A stretch of DNA of 31,661 bases from Solirubrobacteraceae bacterium (lineage in GTDB: Bacteria; Actinomycetota; Thermoleophilia; Solirubrobacterales; Solirubrobacteraceae). Positions 10,975 to 18,583 of this stretch are shown here, one piece after another (position 1 is the first letter of the stretch; every line of letters starts with the position of its first letter). The position numbers and the translations under genes are program-made. The stretch is taken from positions 1 through 31,661 of the forward strand of contig DATFPO010000213.1 of NCBI GenBank assembly GCA_035264745.1. The letters are read 5' to 3'. Below the pieces are notes generated by a model that ran no database searches, was not told where the DNA came from, and worked only from the letters and a program-made list of their open reading frames with translations.

Positions 10975-11781
10975 CTAGGCGGGCTCGCGCGCGTCCTCTG
11001 GATCCAGCGCCGAGAGTTCCTGCTCGATCCGCTCGCGCAGGCGCCTCGCCGCCTCGGCGGTGACCGGCCCGGGGGCCGGGAGATCAGCCTCCTCGATCCC
11101 CGAGACCGGCATGACCTCGCGCACGGTCGACGCCACGAACGCCTCATCCGCCCGAGCGGCGTCCTCTCGGGTGCAGGATTCCTCGCTGACCTCCATCAGG
11201 TCGAGCAGGCGCCCGCGGGTGATCGAGCCCAGGATGTGCTCGGACAGCGGCGGCGTGCGCAGCCGTCCCTCGGTGACCCAGAAGAACGACGAGGTCGTCC
11301 CTTCCAGCACGCGTCCGTGAGGAGTGACCAGGAGCGCGTCGTCGAAGCCCCGCTCTTGGGCCAGGCGCATGGCCAGCATGTTGGCGGCGTAGGACAGCGA
11401 CTTGATCCCCTCCAGCACCCGGGTCGGCGTGTAGGTCACGTAGCCGAGGCGGACGCTGGGAGGTACCGGCGGCAGGGGCTCGATCAGCGCCAGGCGCCGA
11501 CCGCCGCGGGTGACGACCAGCCGCAACAGCCCGTCCACCGGCCCGGCCTCAGCCAGAAGGACCTCGACGTCGTCGCCGAGCGCCGCCACGTCGGCCGGGA
11601 GGCGGAGGTTGACGCTCGAGCCCTCCAGGCGACGGAGGTGGTCCTCCAGCGCAAAGGGTCGCCCGTCGTAGAGGCGCAGCACCTCGAACGCGCCGTCGCC
11701 GCGGAGCAGCCCCTCGTCCGTGGCCGGGATCGTGGCCTGCTCGGAGGGCCCCACGATGCCGTCGATGCAGGCCAGCGACAT
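10975..11781 (-). CDS. PLP-dependent aminotransferase class IV (IlvE/PabC/Dat family)
   Basis: DEGLLRGDGAFE, LEDHLRRL, catalytic Lys in GIKSLSY, EGTTSSFF, ILGSITR, EAFVASTVREVMPV. Confidence 0.93.
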   Translation of the reverse strand: MSLACIDGIVGPSEQATIPATDEGLLRGDGAFEVLRLYDGRPFALEDHLRRLEGSSVNLRLPADVAALGDDVEVLLAEAGPVDGLLRLVVTRGGRRLALIEPLPPVPPSVRLGYVTYTPTRVLEGIKSLSYAANMLAMRLAQERGFDDALLVTPHGRVLEGTTSSFFWVTEGRLRTPPLSEHILGSITRGRLLDLMEVSEESCTREDAARADEAFVASTVREVMPVSGIEEADLPAPGPVTAEAARRLRERIEQELSALDPEDAREPA

Positions 11782-11782
11782 A

Positions 11783-11855
11783 TGGGCCGTGTAGGACTCG
11801 AACCTACAACCTTGAGATTAAGAGTCTCCTGCTCTACCAGTTGAGCTAACGGCCC
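11783..11855 (-). tRNA. tRNA-Lys(CTT), CCA not encoded
   Basis: GGGCCGT-TA-GCTC-AACTGGTA-GAGC-A-GGAGA-CTCTTAA-TCTCA-AGGTT-GTAGG-TTCGAGT-CCTAC-ACGGCCC-A; full cloverleaf, 73 nt. Confidence 0.97.
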
Positions 11856-11865
11856 GGGCGCGGCC

Positions 11866-11871
11866 ATGTTA
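11866..11871 (-). promoter_or_regulatory. -10 (TAACAT) of the tRNA-Lys gene
   Basis: TAnnnT hexamer ending 10 nt upstream of the mature tRNA 5' end. Confidence 0.6.
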
Positions 11872-11909
11872 GCGGCGGGGGGGCCGCCTCTCGGGCGGCT
11901 CCCGAAGGG

Positions 11910-12620
11910 TCAGCCCGACGCCGGCGGCGGCGTCGCTCCGGCGCCCCGGGGAGCCCCGAAACCGTGCTGGCGCTTGGCGTTGGCCACCTGGGCCCGCACC
12001 GCCGCGCGCTGAGCGGGCGGGGTGAGCGCGACCGCCCGGCGGCCGGCCAGGTCGCCCTTGCGCGTCTGCCCGGCGGCGTACGCGTAGAGCGCGAGCTGGA
12101 AGTACGTCTGAGGGCTCGGCTGGGCGTCGGCCACGATCTCCGCGGTTTGCACCCCCTGGGATGGCCGGTTCAAGCCGGCCGGCCCGTACGCCTGGACCAT
12201 CAGGCGGGCCACGTCCACGTCCGGGTGCCGCGGGTCGAGGGTCAGGTAGCGCTCCCAGGCCTGGGCGGCGCCGGCCAGCCGGCCCCGGCCCTTGGAGGTG
12301 AACGTGGACGTGCGCTGGTCGTAGTTCTCGCCCTGGCCGGCGAGCTGGAAGCGGGTCCGGGTCAGCAGCGCCCACCCGGCCGCGTCGTCGGGGTTGGCGC
12401 GAACCCGGCGCACGGCTTGGCGCTCTAGTCCGGTCAGGGCATCGCTGCCGCTGGACTGCTGGTCGCCGCGGTCGGTGACCCCGATCGCGTCCAGCAGGCC
12501 GCCGGACACGCTGCCACCAATGCCGAACAGGACGAGCCCGCCGCCCATCAGCACCGCGAGCGTGATGTAGATGCCCTGCACTGTGCGGCGCCGGCCGCGG
12601 CCTCTCAGGTCAAACAGCAT
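11910..12620 (-). CDS. Membrane-anchored TPR-like helical protein
   Basis: MLFDLRGRGRRR + one TM helix, then Ala-rich helical repeats (WALL..., AAQAWERYLTLDP, TYFQLALYAYAAG). Overlaps the tatC end by 11 nt. Confidence 0.75.
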   Translation of the reverse strand: MLFDLRGRGRRRTVQGIYITLAVLMGGGLVLFGIGGSVSGGLLDAIGVTDRGDQQSSGSDALTGLERQAVRRVRANPDDAAGWALLTRTRFQLAGQGENYDQRTSTFTSKGRGRLAGAAQAWERYLTLDPRHPDVDVARLMVQAYGPAGLNRPSQGVQTAEIVADAQPSPQTYFQLALYAYAAGQTRKGDLAGRRAVALTPPAQRAAVRAQVANAKRQHGFGAPRGAGATPPPASG

Positions 12621-13596
12621 CGGAGGAGAGATCGTCGGGGCGGAGCTCGGCCTCACGGCGCGCCCGGACCCGCTCGAGCCAAGACGCCAGCAGGATACTC
12701 AGCTCGTACAGCGCGATCAGGGGCACCATCTCCAGCAGGGTGGTGACCGGGTCGGTGCCCGGAAGCAGCATGGCCACCACGGCGATCAACACGATCGCGT
12801 AGCGGCGGGTGCGGCGCAGCGACGCCGGGGTGACGATCCCGAGTCGGGTGAGGGCCAGCACGGCAACCGGGATCTGGAACAGGATCCCCAAGGCTGCCAG
12901 GGTCAGGGCGACGAACGAGTAGTACGGACGGGCCTGGAGCAGCACGTCGAACGAGTCGGAGTTGAACGTCTGCAGGAAGTGGATCGCGGGTGGGAGCACC
13001 ACGAAGTAGCCGAATGCGACTCCGGTCACGAACAGGAGGGGCACCAGGAGCATGAGCGGGAGGGCCACCCGCTGCTCGGTGCGATTGAACGCCGGGAGCA
13101 CGAACGCGTACGCCTGGTAGAGGATGACCGGCAGGGCGAGCAGCAGCGCGAAGTAGGCGGAGATCGTCAGGGTGGTGGCCAGGGGCTCTCCCACTCCCAG
13201 CGTCACGGGCTGGCGACCCGCCGTGCTCGTCGGCAGAGCCCTGGCCGCAGCGGCGTACGAGCGCGCCGCCTGGCGCAGTGCCAGCCGATCGGCCGGAGTG
13301 CGCACGGCCTCTGAGCGGGCCAGCCGCGCGAGCGCCACGCCCCCGCTCTCCAGCGCCCGGCGCAGGGCCAGCTGTGAGCCCGCCTCCTGGGAGAGCGGAC
13401 CGCTCGCTCGGGCGCCGGCGGCCTGCTGAGCGGGCCGGTTGACGATCTGCAGCAGGGCGTGGTTCTGCCACAGGGCGATCCCGAAGGCGGCCGTGAAGGC
13501 CAGCGCCGAGATGATCAGCCGGCTGCGCAGCTCATCGAGGTGCTCGGTGAGCGAAAGCCGGTCGTCGTGACCGATCGGACGCAGCGCCGTCGCCAT
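12610..13596 (-). CDS. tatC: Twin-arginine translocase subunit TatC
   Basis: LSLTEHLDELRSRL, LPVILYQAYAFVLPA, FGYFVVLP, FQIPV, RRYAIV, PGTDPVT...PLIALYELSI. Confidence 0.97.
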   Translation of the reverse strand: MATALRPIGHDDRLSLTEHLDELRSRLIISALAFTAAFGIALWQNHALLQIVNRPAQQAAGARASGPLSQEAGSQLALRRALESGGVALARLARSEAVRTPADRLALRQAARSYAAAARALPTSTAGRQPVTLGVGEPLATTLTISAYFALLLALPVILYQAYAFVLPAFNRTEQRVALPLMLLVPLLFVTGVAFGYFVVLPPAIHFLQTFNSDSFDVLLQARPYYSFVALTLAALGILFQIPVAVLALTRLGIVTPASLRRTRRYAIVLIAVVAMLLPGTDPVTTLLEMVPLIALYELSILLASWLERVRARREAELRPDDLSSDAV

Positions 13597-13607
13597 GGGA
13601 GGTCGGG

Positions 13608-13937
13608 CTATTTCCGGACGACCCGCTCGCCCTCGGGCGAGCCGGGCGCTGTGCTCGCGCCCTCGGGCGTCCCGGACGCTGTGCTCGCGCCCTCGGGCGT
13701 CGCGGGTCGCGGCGGGCCCTCGGGCGTCGAGACTCGCGACGGGCCGGCGGGCAGCTCGGCGGGCTCCTCGTCGTCGCCGCCGCGGCCCCTCCGGGAGGTG
13801 ATCGAGTCCTTGAACTCGCGTATCCCCTGACCCAGCGCCCGGCCGGCGGCGGGCAGGCGCTTGGGTCCGAAGATCAGCAGGATGATCCCCAGGACGACGA
13901 GGAGCTCGAGCGGGCCAATTGAGCCGACGAAGGGCAT
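13608..13937 (-). CDS. tatA: Twin-arginine translocase subunit TatA
   Basis: IGPLELLVVLGIILLIFGPKRLP..GRALGQGIREFK; GGAGG Shine-Dalgarno. Confidence 0.95.
   Translation of the reverse strand: MPFVGSIGPLELLVVLGIILLIFGPKRLPAAGRALGQGIREFKDSITSRRGRGGDDEEPAELPAGPSRVSTPEGPPRPATPEGASTASGTPEGASTAPGSPEGERVVRK
13629..13726 (-). repeat. Imperfect 30/30/27-nt tandem repeat in the TatA tail ([TS]PEG x4)
   Basis: GCCCTCGGGCG at 13629, 13659, 13689 and 13716. Confidence 0.85.
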
Positions 13938-13951
13938 CGCGATGTGCCTCC

Positions 13952-13971
13952 AGGCTGTCGCGAACAGCCTA
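13952..13971 (-). promoter_or_regulatory. tatA -10 (TAGGCT, 13966-13971) overlapped by a 7-bp dyad
   Basis: AGGCTGT-cgcga-ACAGCCT; its right arm contains most of the minus-strand -10. Confidence 0.45.
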
Positions 13972-14031
13972 GCGGGTCGACCGCCGCCGCCGGCCGCAGT
14001 GGACGCTTGGCGATGAGCCAGGGGGTCGAAG

Positions 14032-14058
14032 TCAAGTTTCTCGGCGCACGGCCGATGA
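14032..14058 (+). promoter_or_regulatory. Sigma28 (FliA/WhiG/SigD)-type promoter
   Basis: TCAA-N15-GCCGATGA versus consensus TAAA-N15-GCCGATAA, ending 10 nt before the GTG at 14069. Confidence 0.6.
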
Positions 14059-14068
14059 TGGTTCTAGA

Positions 14069-14482
14069 GTGTCCGACGCCAACGACAATTCGTCCTCGAT
14101 CAGGCGGATCGTCCTGTCCAGCGGCCGGGAGAAGATAGAGGTCGTCCTCTCGGACGAGCCGACCGACGAGCGCGAGGCGCGCCCGGCTCCCGGGGGTCTC
14201 CACGTCTGCCGGTGGTGCGAGTCGCCTCTGGTCCATCCGACCTCCTGGCAGGAGGTCGACGGCGGCCGTTGGCACCTGCGCCTGCGCTGCCCCGACTGCG
14301 AGCGGGCCTCTGAGGGAGTCTTCGTACGCGCCGAGGTGGAGCGCTTCGACGACGAGCTGACTCGCGGCGGCCTGGCGCTGGCGCGAGACCTCCGCAAGCT
14401 GGCGCACGCCAACATGGAGGAGGAATGCGAGCGGTTCATCGCCGCCCTCCACGCCGAAGACATCCTGCCGATCGACTTCTGA
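14069..14482 (+). CDS. Hypothetical Zn-ribbon protein (CRWC...CPDC) with C-terminal helix
   Basis: Two CxxC pairs 23 residues apart; acidic amphipathic C-terminal helix ending EDILPIDF; fills the gap between tatA and hepT. Confidence 0.8.
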   Translation: MSDANDNSSSIRRIVLSSGREKIEVVLSDEPTDEREARPAPGGLHVCRWCESPLVHPTSWQEVDGGRWHLRLRCPDCERASEGVFVRAEVERFDDELTRGGLALARDLRKLAHANMEEECERFIAALHAEDILPIDF

Positions 14483-14498
14483 GCCGTGCCGGCCGCGC

Positions 14499-15482
14499 TC
14501 AGGCGTAGCGATCCACCACGCCGTCGGCGATCAGCTGCAGCGCCTGCAGCTGCGCCGCCGGCAGCGGGGGGAGCGTCGCCCGCGCCTCGGCCACCATCTC
14601 GAGCGCCAGGCGCCTGGCGTCCTCCAGCGCGCCCGTGGCCTCGATCGCGTCGCACACGGCCTCGGCCCGGTCCGCGGCGGCGATCTCCCGCAGATCCAGC
14701 CGCGCGACGTCATCCGAGCGCTGGCGCGCCAGGATCAGCGGCAGCGTGACCGTGCCGTCGAGCAGGTCGGCGCCGCGCCGCTTGCCGGTGCGCTCGGGCG
14801 GGCCCGAGACGTCCAGCACGTCATCGAGCACCTGGAAGGCCAGGCCGATGCCGCGGCCGAAGGCCGCCAGCTCCCGGACCCTGGCGCCGTCGGCGCGGCC
14901 CTCCAGGGCGCCGAGCCGGCAGGCCGCCTCGAACAGCGCGGCGGTCTTGAGCTCGCACCGGCGCAGGTAGCGCTCCACGGTGACCTCCGGGTCGAAGGCG
15001 TCGGCTCGCTGGAGCAGCTCGCCGCCGGCCAGCGCGGTGGACGCCGCCGACAGCGCGCGCACCTCGTCGCGGCGCCGGTTCAGCGCCAGCTCGGCGAACG
15101 CGCGCGAGAACAGCAGGTCGCCGGTCGCGGTGGCCATGGCACGCCCGGCCGAGGCGACGACAGTGGAGCGCCCGCGCCGCAGGTCCGCCGCGTCCAACAC
15201 GTCGTCGTGGACCAGCGTGGCGGAGTGGACCAGCTCGACGGCGGCCGCCGCCCGCACCAGTCCCTGTCCGTCGTCCCCATGATCGCCCGCCGCGACGAAC
15301 ACGACCAGAGGCCGGAGCCGCTTGCCCCCGGCGGCGATGGTGTCTCCGGCGTGACCGGCCAGGACCTCGCCGTGGCCGGCGGCGAGCTCGGCCAGGCGTT
15401 GCTCCAGGGCCGCCATGAGGCCGCGGATGTGGGCGCCGGCGGCGTCCACGACCGCCTCCACCGCCGGCGCGACCGCGCTCAC
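14499..15482 (-). CDS. hepT: Long-chain trans-polyprenyl diphosphate synthase (HepT-like catalytic subunit)
   Basis: GGKRLRP, first motif ELVHSATLVHDDVLD + LRRG, KTAALF, second motif AFQVLDDVLD; GTGA overlap with menG. Confidence 0.9.
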   Translation of the reverse strand: MSAVAPAVEAVVDAAGAHIRGLMAALEQRLAELAAGHGEVLAGHAGDTIAAGGKRLRPLVVFVAAGDHGDDGQGLVRAAAAVELVHSATLVHDDVLDAADLRRGRSTVVASAGRAMATATGDLLFSRAFAELALNRRRDEVRALSAASTALAGGELLQRADAFDPEVTVERYLRRCELKTAALFEAACRLGALEGRADGARVRELAAFGRGIGLAFQVLDDVLDVSGPPERTGKRRGADLLDGTVTLPLILARQRSDDVARLDLREIAAADRAEAVCDAIEATGALEDARRLALEMVAEARATLPPLPAAQLQALQLIADGVVDRYA

Positions 15483-16240
15483 GTCGAGACCTCTCCCACG
15501 TGGATGGCGATGATGCCGCCGGCGGTCACGATCCACCTTACGCGTTCCAGGCCGCATTGCCTCATGGCTGCGGCCAGGTCCCGGGGCCCGGGAAACCGTC
15601 TCACCGAGCTGGGCAGGTAGGTGTACGCGTCGTGGTCACCCGCCATGCGGCCGAGTGCCGGCACCAGGCGGTCGAACCACAACCGGTAGAACCACGAGAG
15701 CGGCGGCCTCTGCGGAGTGGTGATCTCGAGGATCACCACGCGGCCGCCTGGACGCACCACGCGGGCCATCTCGGCCAGCCCGCGGTGCAGGTCGGCGAAG
15801 TTGCGGGCGCCGAAGCCGGCCGTCGCCGCGTCGAAGCAGGCGCCCGGATAGGGAAGCGACATCGCATTGCCCCACTCGAACGAGACCTCGGCGCCCGGCA
15901 CCGGGTCGGCGGACGACTTTGCCCGCGCCCGGTCGAGCATCGCCTCGGAGAAGTCCGACCCCACCACCCGGCCGCCCGGGGCGACCCGCCTGGCCAGCTC
16001 GGCGGCGAGGTCGCCAGTCCCGGTGGCCACGTCCAGCGCGCTGCCGCCCGGCTCGAGCGCCGCCAGGTCGGCGGCCCGGCGGCGCCACTCGCGGTCCAGC
16101 CCGGCCGTCATCACCGCGTTCATGCGGTCGTAGACGCCGGCGATCCGGTCGAACATGGCGCGCACCTGACGCTCCTCGAGCACGCCGGCGGACGGGTGGG
16201 CGCCGGGAGACACCGGCTCGCGCACGGCGGCGGGGGTCAT
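15479..16240 (-). CDS. menG: Demethylmenaquinone methyltransferase
   Basis: VRAMFDRIAGVYDRMN, LDVATGTGD, DFSEAML, GFGARN, EMARVVRPGGR, AYTYLPSSV. Confidence 0.95.
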   Translation of the reverse strand: MTPAAVREPVSPGAHPSAGVLEERQVRAMFDRIAGVYDRMNAVMTAGLDREWRRRAADLAALEPGGSALDVATGTGDLAAELARRVAPGGRVVGSDFSEAMLDRARAKSSADPVPGAEVSFEWGNAMSLPYPGACFDAATAGFGARNFADLHRGLAEMARVVRPGGRVVILEITTPQRPPLSWFYRLWFDRLVPALGRMAGDHDAYTYLPSSVRRFPGPRDLAAAMRQCGLERVRWIVTAGGIIAIHVGEVST

Positions 16241-16253
16241 CGCTGACGCTCCG

Positions 16254-16979
16254 CTACTTGAGGGTCGAGAGGAAGTGGACGAGGGCGTTGAACTTCTGGG
16301 GCGGAAGGTCCTTGAACGAGGGCATCGGCGCGGTGGGGTTCTGGAGCGTCCGCGCGATCGCCTCCTTGGGGAGCCGCTGGGCGATCTTGGTGAGGTTGGG
16401 CCCGGGGCCGTCGTTGCCGTTCTCGCCGAACTTGTGACAGGCCAGGCAGCCGGACTGCGCTGCCACCTTCTTGCCGGCGTTGAACTGGGCCAGGGCGGCG
16501 CCCTTGACGTCCGACGGCGGCTTGGCCTCGATCTGGGTCGGTGAGCCCGCGATGGCGCCGGTGTACGTGAGGTAGGCCATGGCCACGATCGTGAAGATCC
16601 CGGCCATGGTGGCGATCGGGCGCCGCTCCGGGCGCCGCTCCGGGCTGCGGTCGTAGAACGGCAGCAGGATCAGCAGGATCAGGCACAGCGTGGGAATCCC
16701 GATGGCGGCCAGCGGGACCAGCTCGCGCGGCTTGATCACGCGCAGCAGCTCGAAGAGGAAGAAGAAGTACCACTCGGGTCGGGGGACGTAGGTGGTGGTG
16801 GTCGGATCGGCCTTGGGGCCCAGCTCGGCGCCCAAGACGATCGCCATGGCGATGATCGTGATCATCACCACGACGGCCATGGCGGAGTCCTTGGCCACCG
16901 CGTAGGGGAAGAACGGCTTGCCCTGGGCCTTCAGGAGGCTGTAGTCCCGGAGGTACTGCTCCTTCTCGCTCTGGTTCAC
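16254..16979 (-). CDS. qcrC: Cytochrome bc complex subunit IV (PEWY) fused to monoheme cytochrome c
   Basis: GKPFFP, PRPEWYFFFLF, LLPFYDRS, CLACH heme-binding motif, distal MPSF; GTGA overlap. Confidence 0.9.
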   Translation of the reverse strand: MNQSEKEQYLRDYSLLKAQGKPFFPYAVAKDSAMAVVVMITIIAMAIVLGAELGPKADPTTTTYVPRPEWYFFFLFELLRVIKPRELVPLAAIGIPTLCLILLILLPFYDRSPERRPERRPIATMAGIFTIVAMAYLTYTGAIAGSPTQIEAKPPSDVKGAALAQFNAGKKVAAQSGCLACHKFGENGNDGPGPNLTKIAQRLPKEAIARTLQNPTAPMPSFKDLPPQKFNALVHFLSTLK

Positions 16980-17803
16980 CCGACCTCCTGCCGGCGCAGG
17001 TCCTCGGGCGTCTCGGCCTTGAGCCACGGCGGGGCGGTCGTCCCCAGCTTGGCCACCAGGTAGAGATGCGCCCCGATCAGCGCGGCGATCGCGCCGGGGA
17101 CCAGCAGCATGTGGACCGAGTAGAACCGCGACAGGGTGGTGGCGCTGAACTCCGGGCCCGCACGCAGGAAGTCGGCCAGGAACGGCCCCAGGATGGGCGC
17201 GGTGCCGTTGAGGTTCACCGCCACTATCGTGGCCCAGTAGGACCGCTGGTCGAAGGGCAGCAGGTACCCGGTCAGCGACATCATCATGGTGAGGACGAGC
17301 AGCACCACGCCGATCACCCAGTTGAGCTCACGGGGGTACTTGTAGGCGCCGAAGAAGAACGTCCGCGCCATGTGCAGGAAGATCAGCACCATCATCGCGG
17401 TGGCTCCCCACTTGTGCATGCCGCGTACGAACTCGCCCAGGAACACGTCGTTGGTGAGGTGGCGGGCGGACTCGTAGGCCCGGGTGGGCGATGGGTCGTA
17501 GTACATGGCCAGGAAGACCCCGGTGACCGCCTGCGACAGGAAGGCGAACATCGTCGCCGAGCCGAGGGTGTAAAACCAGTTGGTCCCCTTGGGGACCTTG
17601 CGGAACATCATCCAGCGCAGGCTTCCCGACAGGGAGGTGCGCTCGTCCACCCAGTCCACGACGCTGATCCCGGCCTCCTTGCCGGCGGTCACCGCGGTAT
17701 GGCGCGACGAGACCTGCCCGTTTGCGCCGTTGCCGTCCCCGGGGCGCCTCGGCCTGGGGTTGAGCGCCCTGGGCATGGGCGGCCTGGGCAGCTTGAGGTT
17801 CAT
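16976..17803 (-). CDS. qcrB: Cytochrome b6-type (short, split) cytochrome b
   Basis: WVDER, RGMHKWGA...FLHMAR, YKYPRELNW, TGYLLPFDQRSYWA, LSRFYSVH...AHLYLV. Confidence 0.95.
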   Translation of the reverse strand: MNLKLPRPPMPRALNPRPRRPGDGNGANGQVSSRHTAVTAGKEAGISVVDWVDERTSLSGSLRWMMFRKVPKGTNWFYTLGSATMFAFLSQAVTGVFLAMYYDPSPTRAYESARHLTNDVFLGEFVRGMHKWGATAMMVLIFLHMARTFFFGAYKYPRELNWVIGVVLLVLTMMMSLTGYLLPFDQRSYWATIVAVNLNGTAPILGPFLADFLRAGPEFSATTLSRFYSVHMLLVPGAIAALIGAHLYLVAKLGTTAPPWLKAETPEDLRRQEVG

Positions 17804-18489
17804 CCCGAACCCTTAACGCCCGGCGGGGCGGACGGGGTCGAGAACCGCCCCGGATAGGCGTACTGGCCGATGCCGTCCACCGCCTCGCCGGGATCGCGGG
17901 GTGAGAAGCGGCGCAGGTGGGAGTTGACGCTGTACCGGGGCCCGATCTCCACGCGGCCGCCGCGCACCCGGGTGTAGAAGCGGTCGAGCGGGCGCACCGG
18001 AGGCCCTCCCGCCACCTTGCCCTGGAAGTCGTAGACGCCGCCGTGGCAGGGGCAGACGAAGCGCGTCGAGGCCTCGATGTAGCGAACCGGGCACCCCAGG
18101 TGGGCGCAGCGGGTGGAGATGGCCACGTAGGCGTCGTAGCGGTCCTTGGGCGGGCCGTCGATCGAGGGGTTGTGCTTGCGCAGGTAAACGGTGCTCTTGC
18201 CCGCCTCGCCGATCCCCGGCGTCACCGTGACCACCCGGGGTACGTAGGTGGTGTCGGGAAACTCGCCCACCGCGCCGACGTCCTCCCAGCGCGCCTCGCC
18301 GCGGTCGAACACCGGTCCCAGCGCGAAGCCCAGCGCCGGCAGCGCGAAGGCGGCGACCGCGATTCCCCCGAGGGCCTGGGCGCTTCCGGTCATGAAGCGC
18401 CGGCGGGTCACCGTCTCGCCCTCGAACGCGCCCGGGATGTTCCGGTTTGCGGTGTAGGGAGACTGTGGTTCGGGGCGGGTATCGGGCAC
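17800..18489 (-). CDS. qcrA: Rieske 2Fe-2S subunit with Tat signal anchor
   Basis: TRRRFM twin-arginine motif + TM helix; CAHLGC and CPCHGG boxes; GPPVRPL. Confidence 0.95.
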   Translation of the reverse strand: MPDTRPEPQSPYTANRNIPGAFEGETVTRRRFMTGSAQALGGIAVAAFALPALGFALGPVFDRGEARWEDVGAVGEFPDTTYVPRVVTVTPGIGEAGKSTVYLRKHNPSIDGPPKDRYDAYVAISTRCAHLGCPVRYIEASTRFVCPCHGGVYDFQGKVAGGPPVRPLDRFYTRVRGGRVEIGPRYSVNSHLRRFSPRDPGEAVDGIGQYAYPGRFSTPSAPPGVKGSG

Positions 18490-18583
18490 GGCTAGGTGGG
18501 GAGAGCAGTCGAATTCAATGGGCCCGGAAGGGTACCGTCAACATGGCGACGGTCGGCACAAGCGGCCCTCGCGCAGGCCGAGA

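Noticed and set aside
11813-11829. G27-A43 mismatch at the top of the tRNA anticodon stem suggesting a pseudo-tRNA
   Set aside because: All other stems and conserved loops are intact and a promoter is present; a single mismatch there is tolerated.
6125-11855. Genomic island integrated at tRNA-Lys carrying the sugar cluster
   Set aside because: No integrase, no duplicate of the tRNA 3' end seen in the window, and no evident GC or codon shift.
18490-18583. FNR/CRP/Rex operator upstream of qcrA
   Set aside because: TTGACG and TTGAATTCGA are present on the minus strand but no complete palindrome matches these consensuses.
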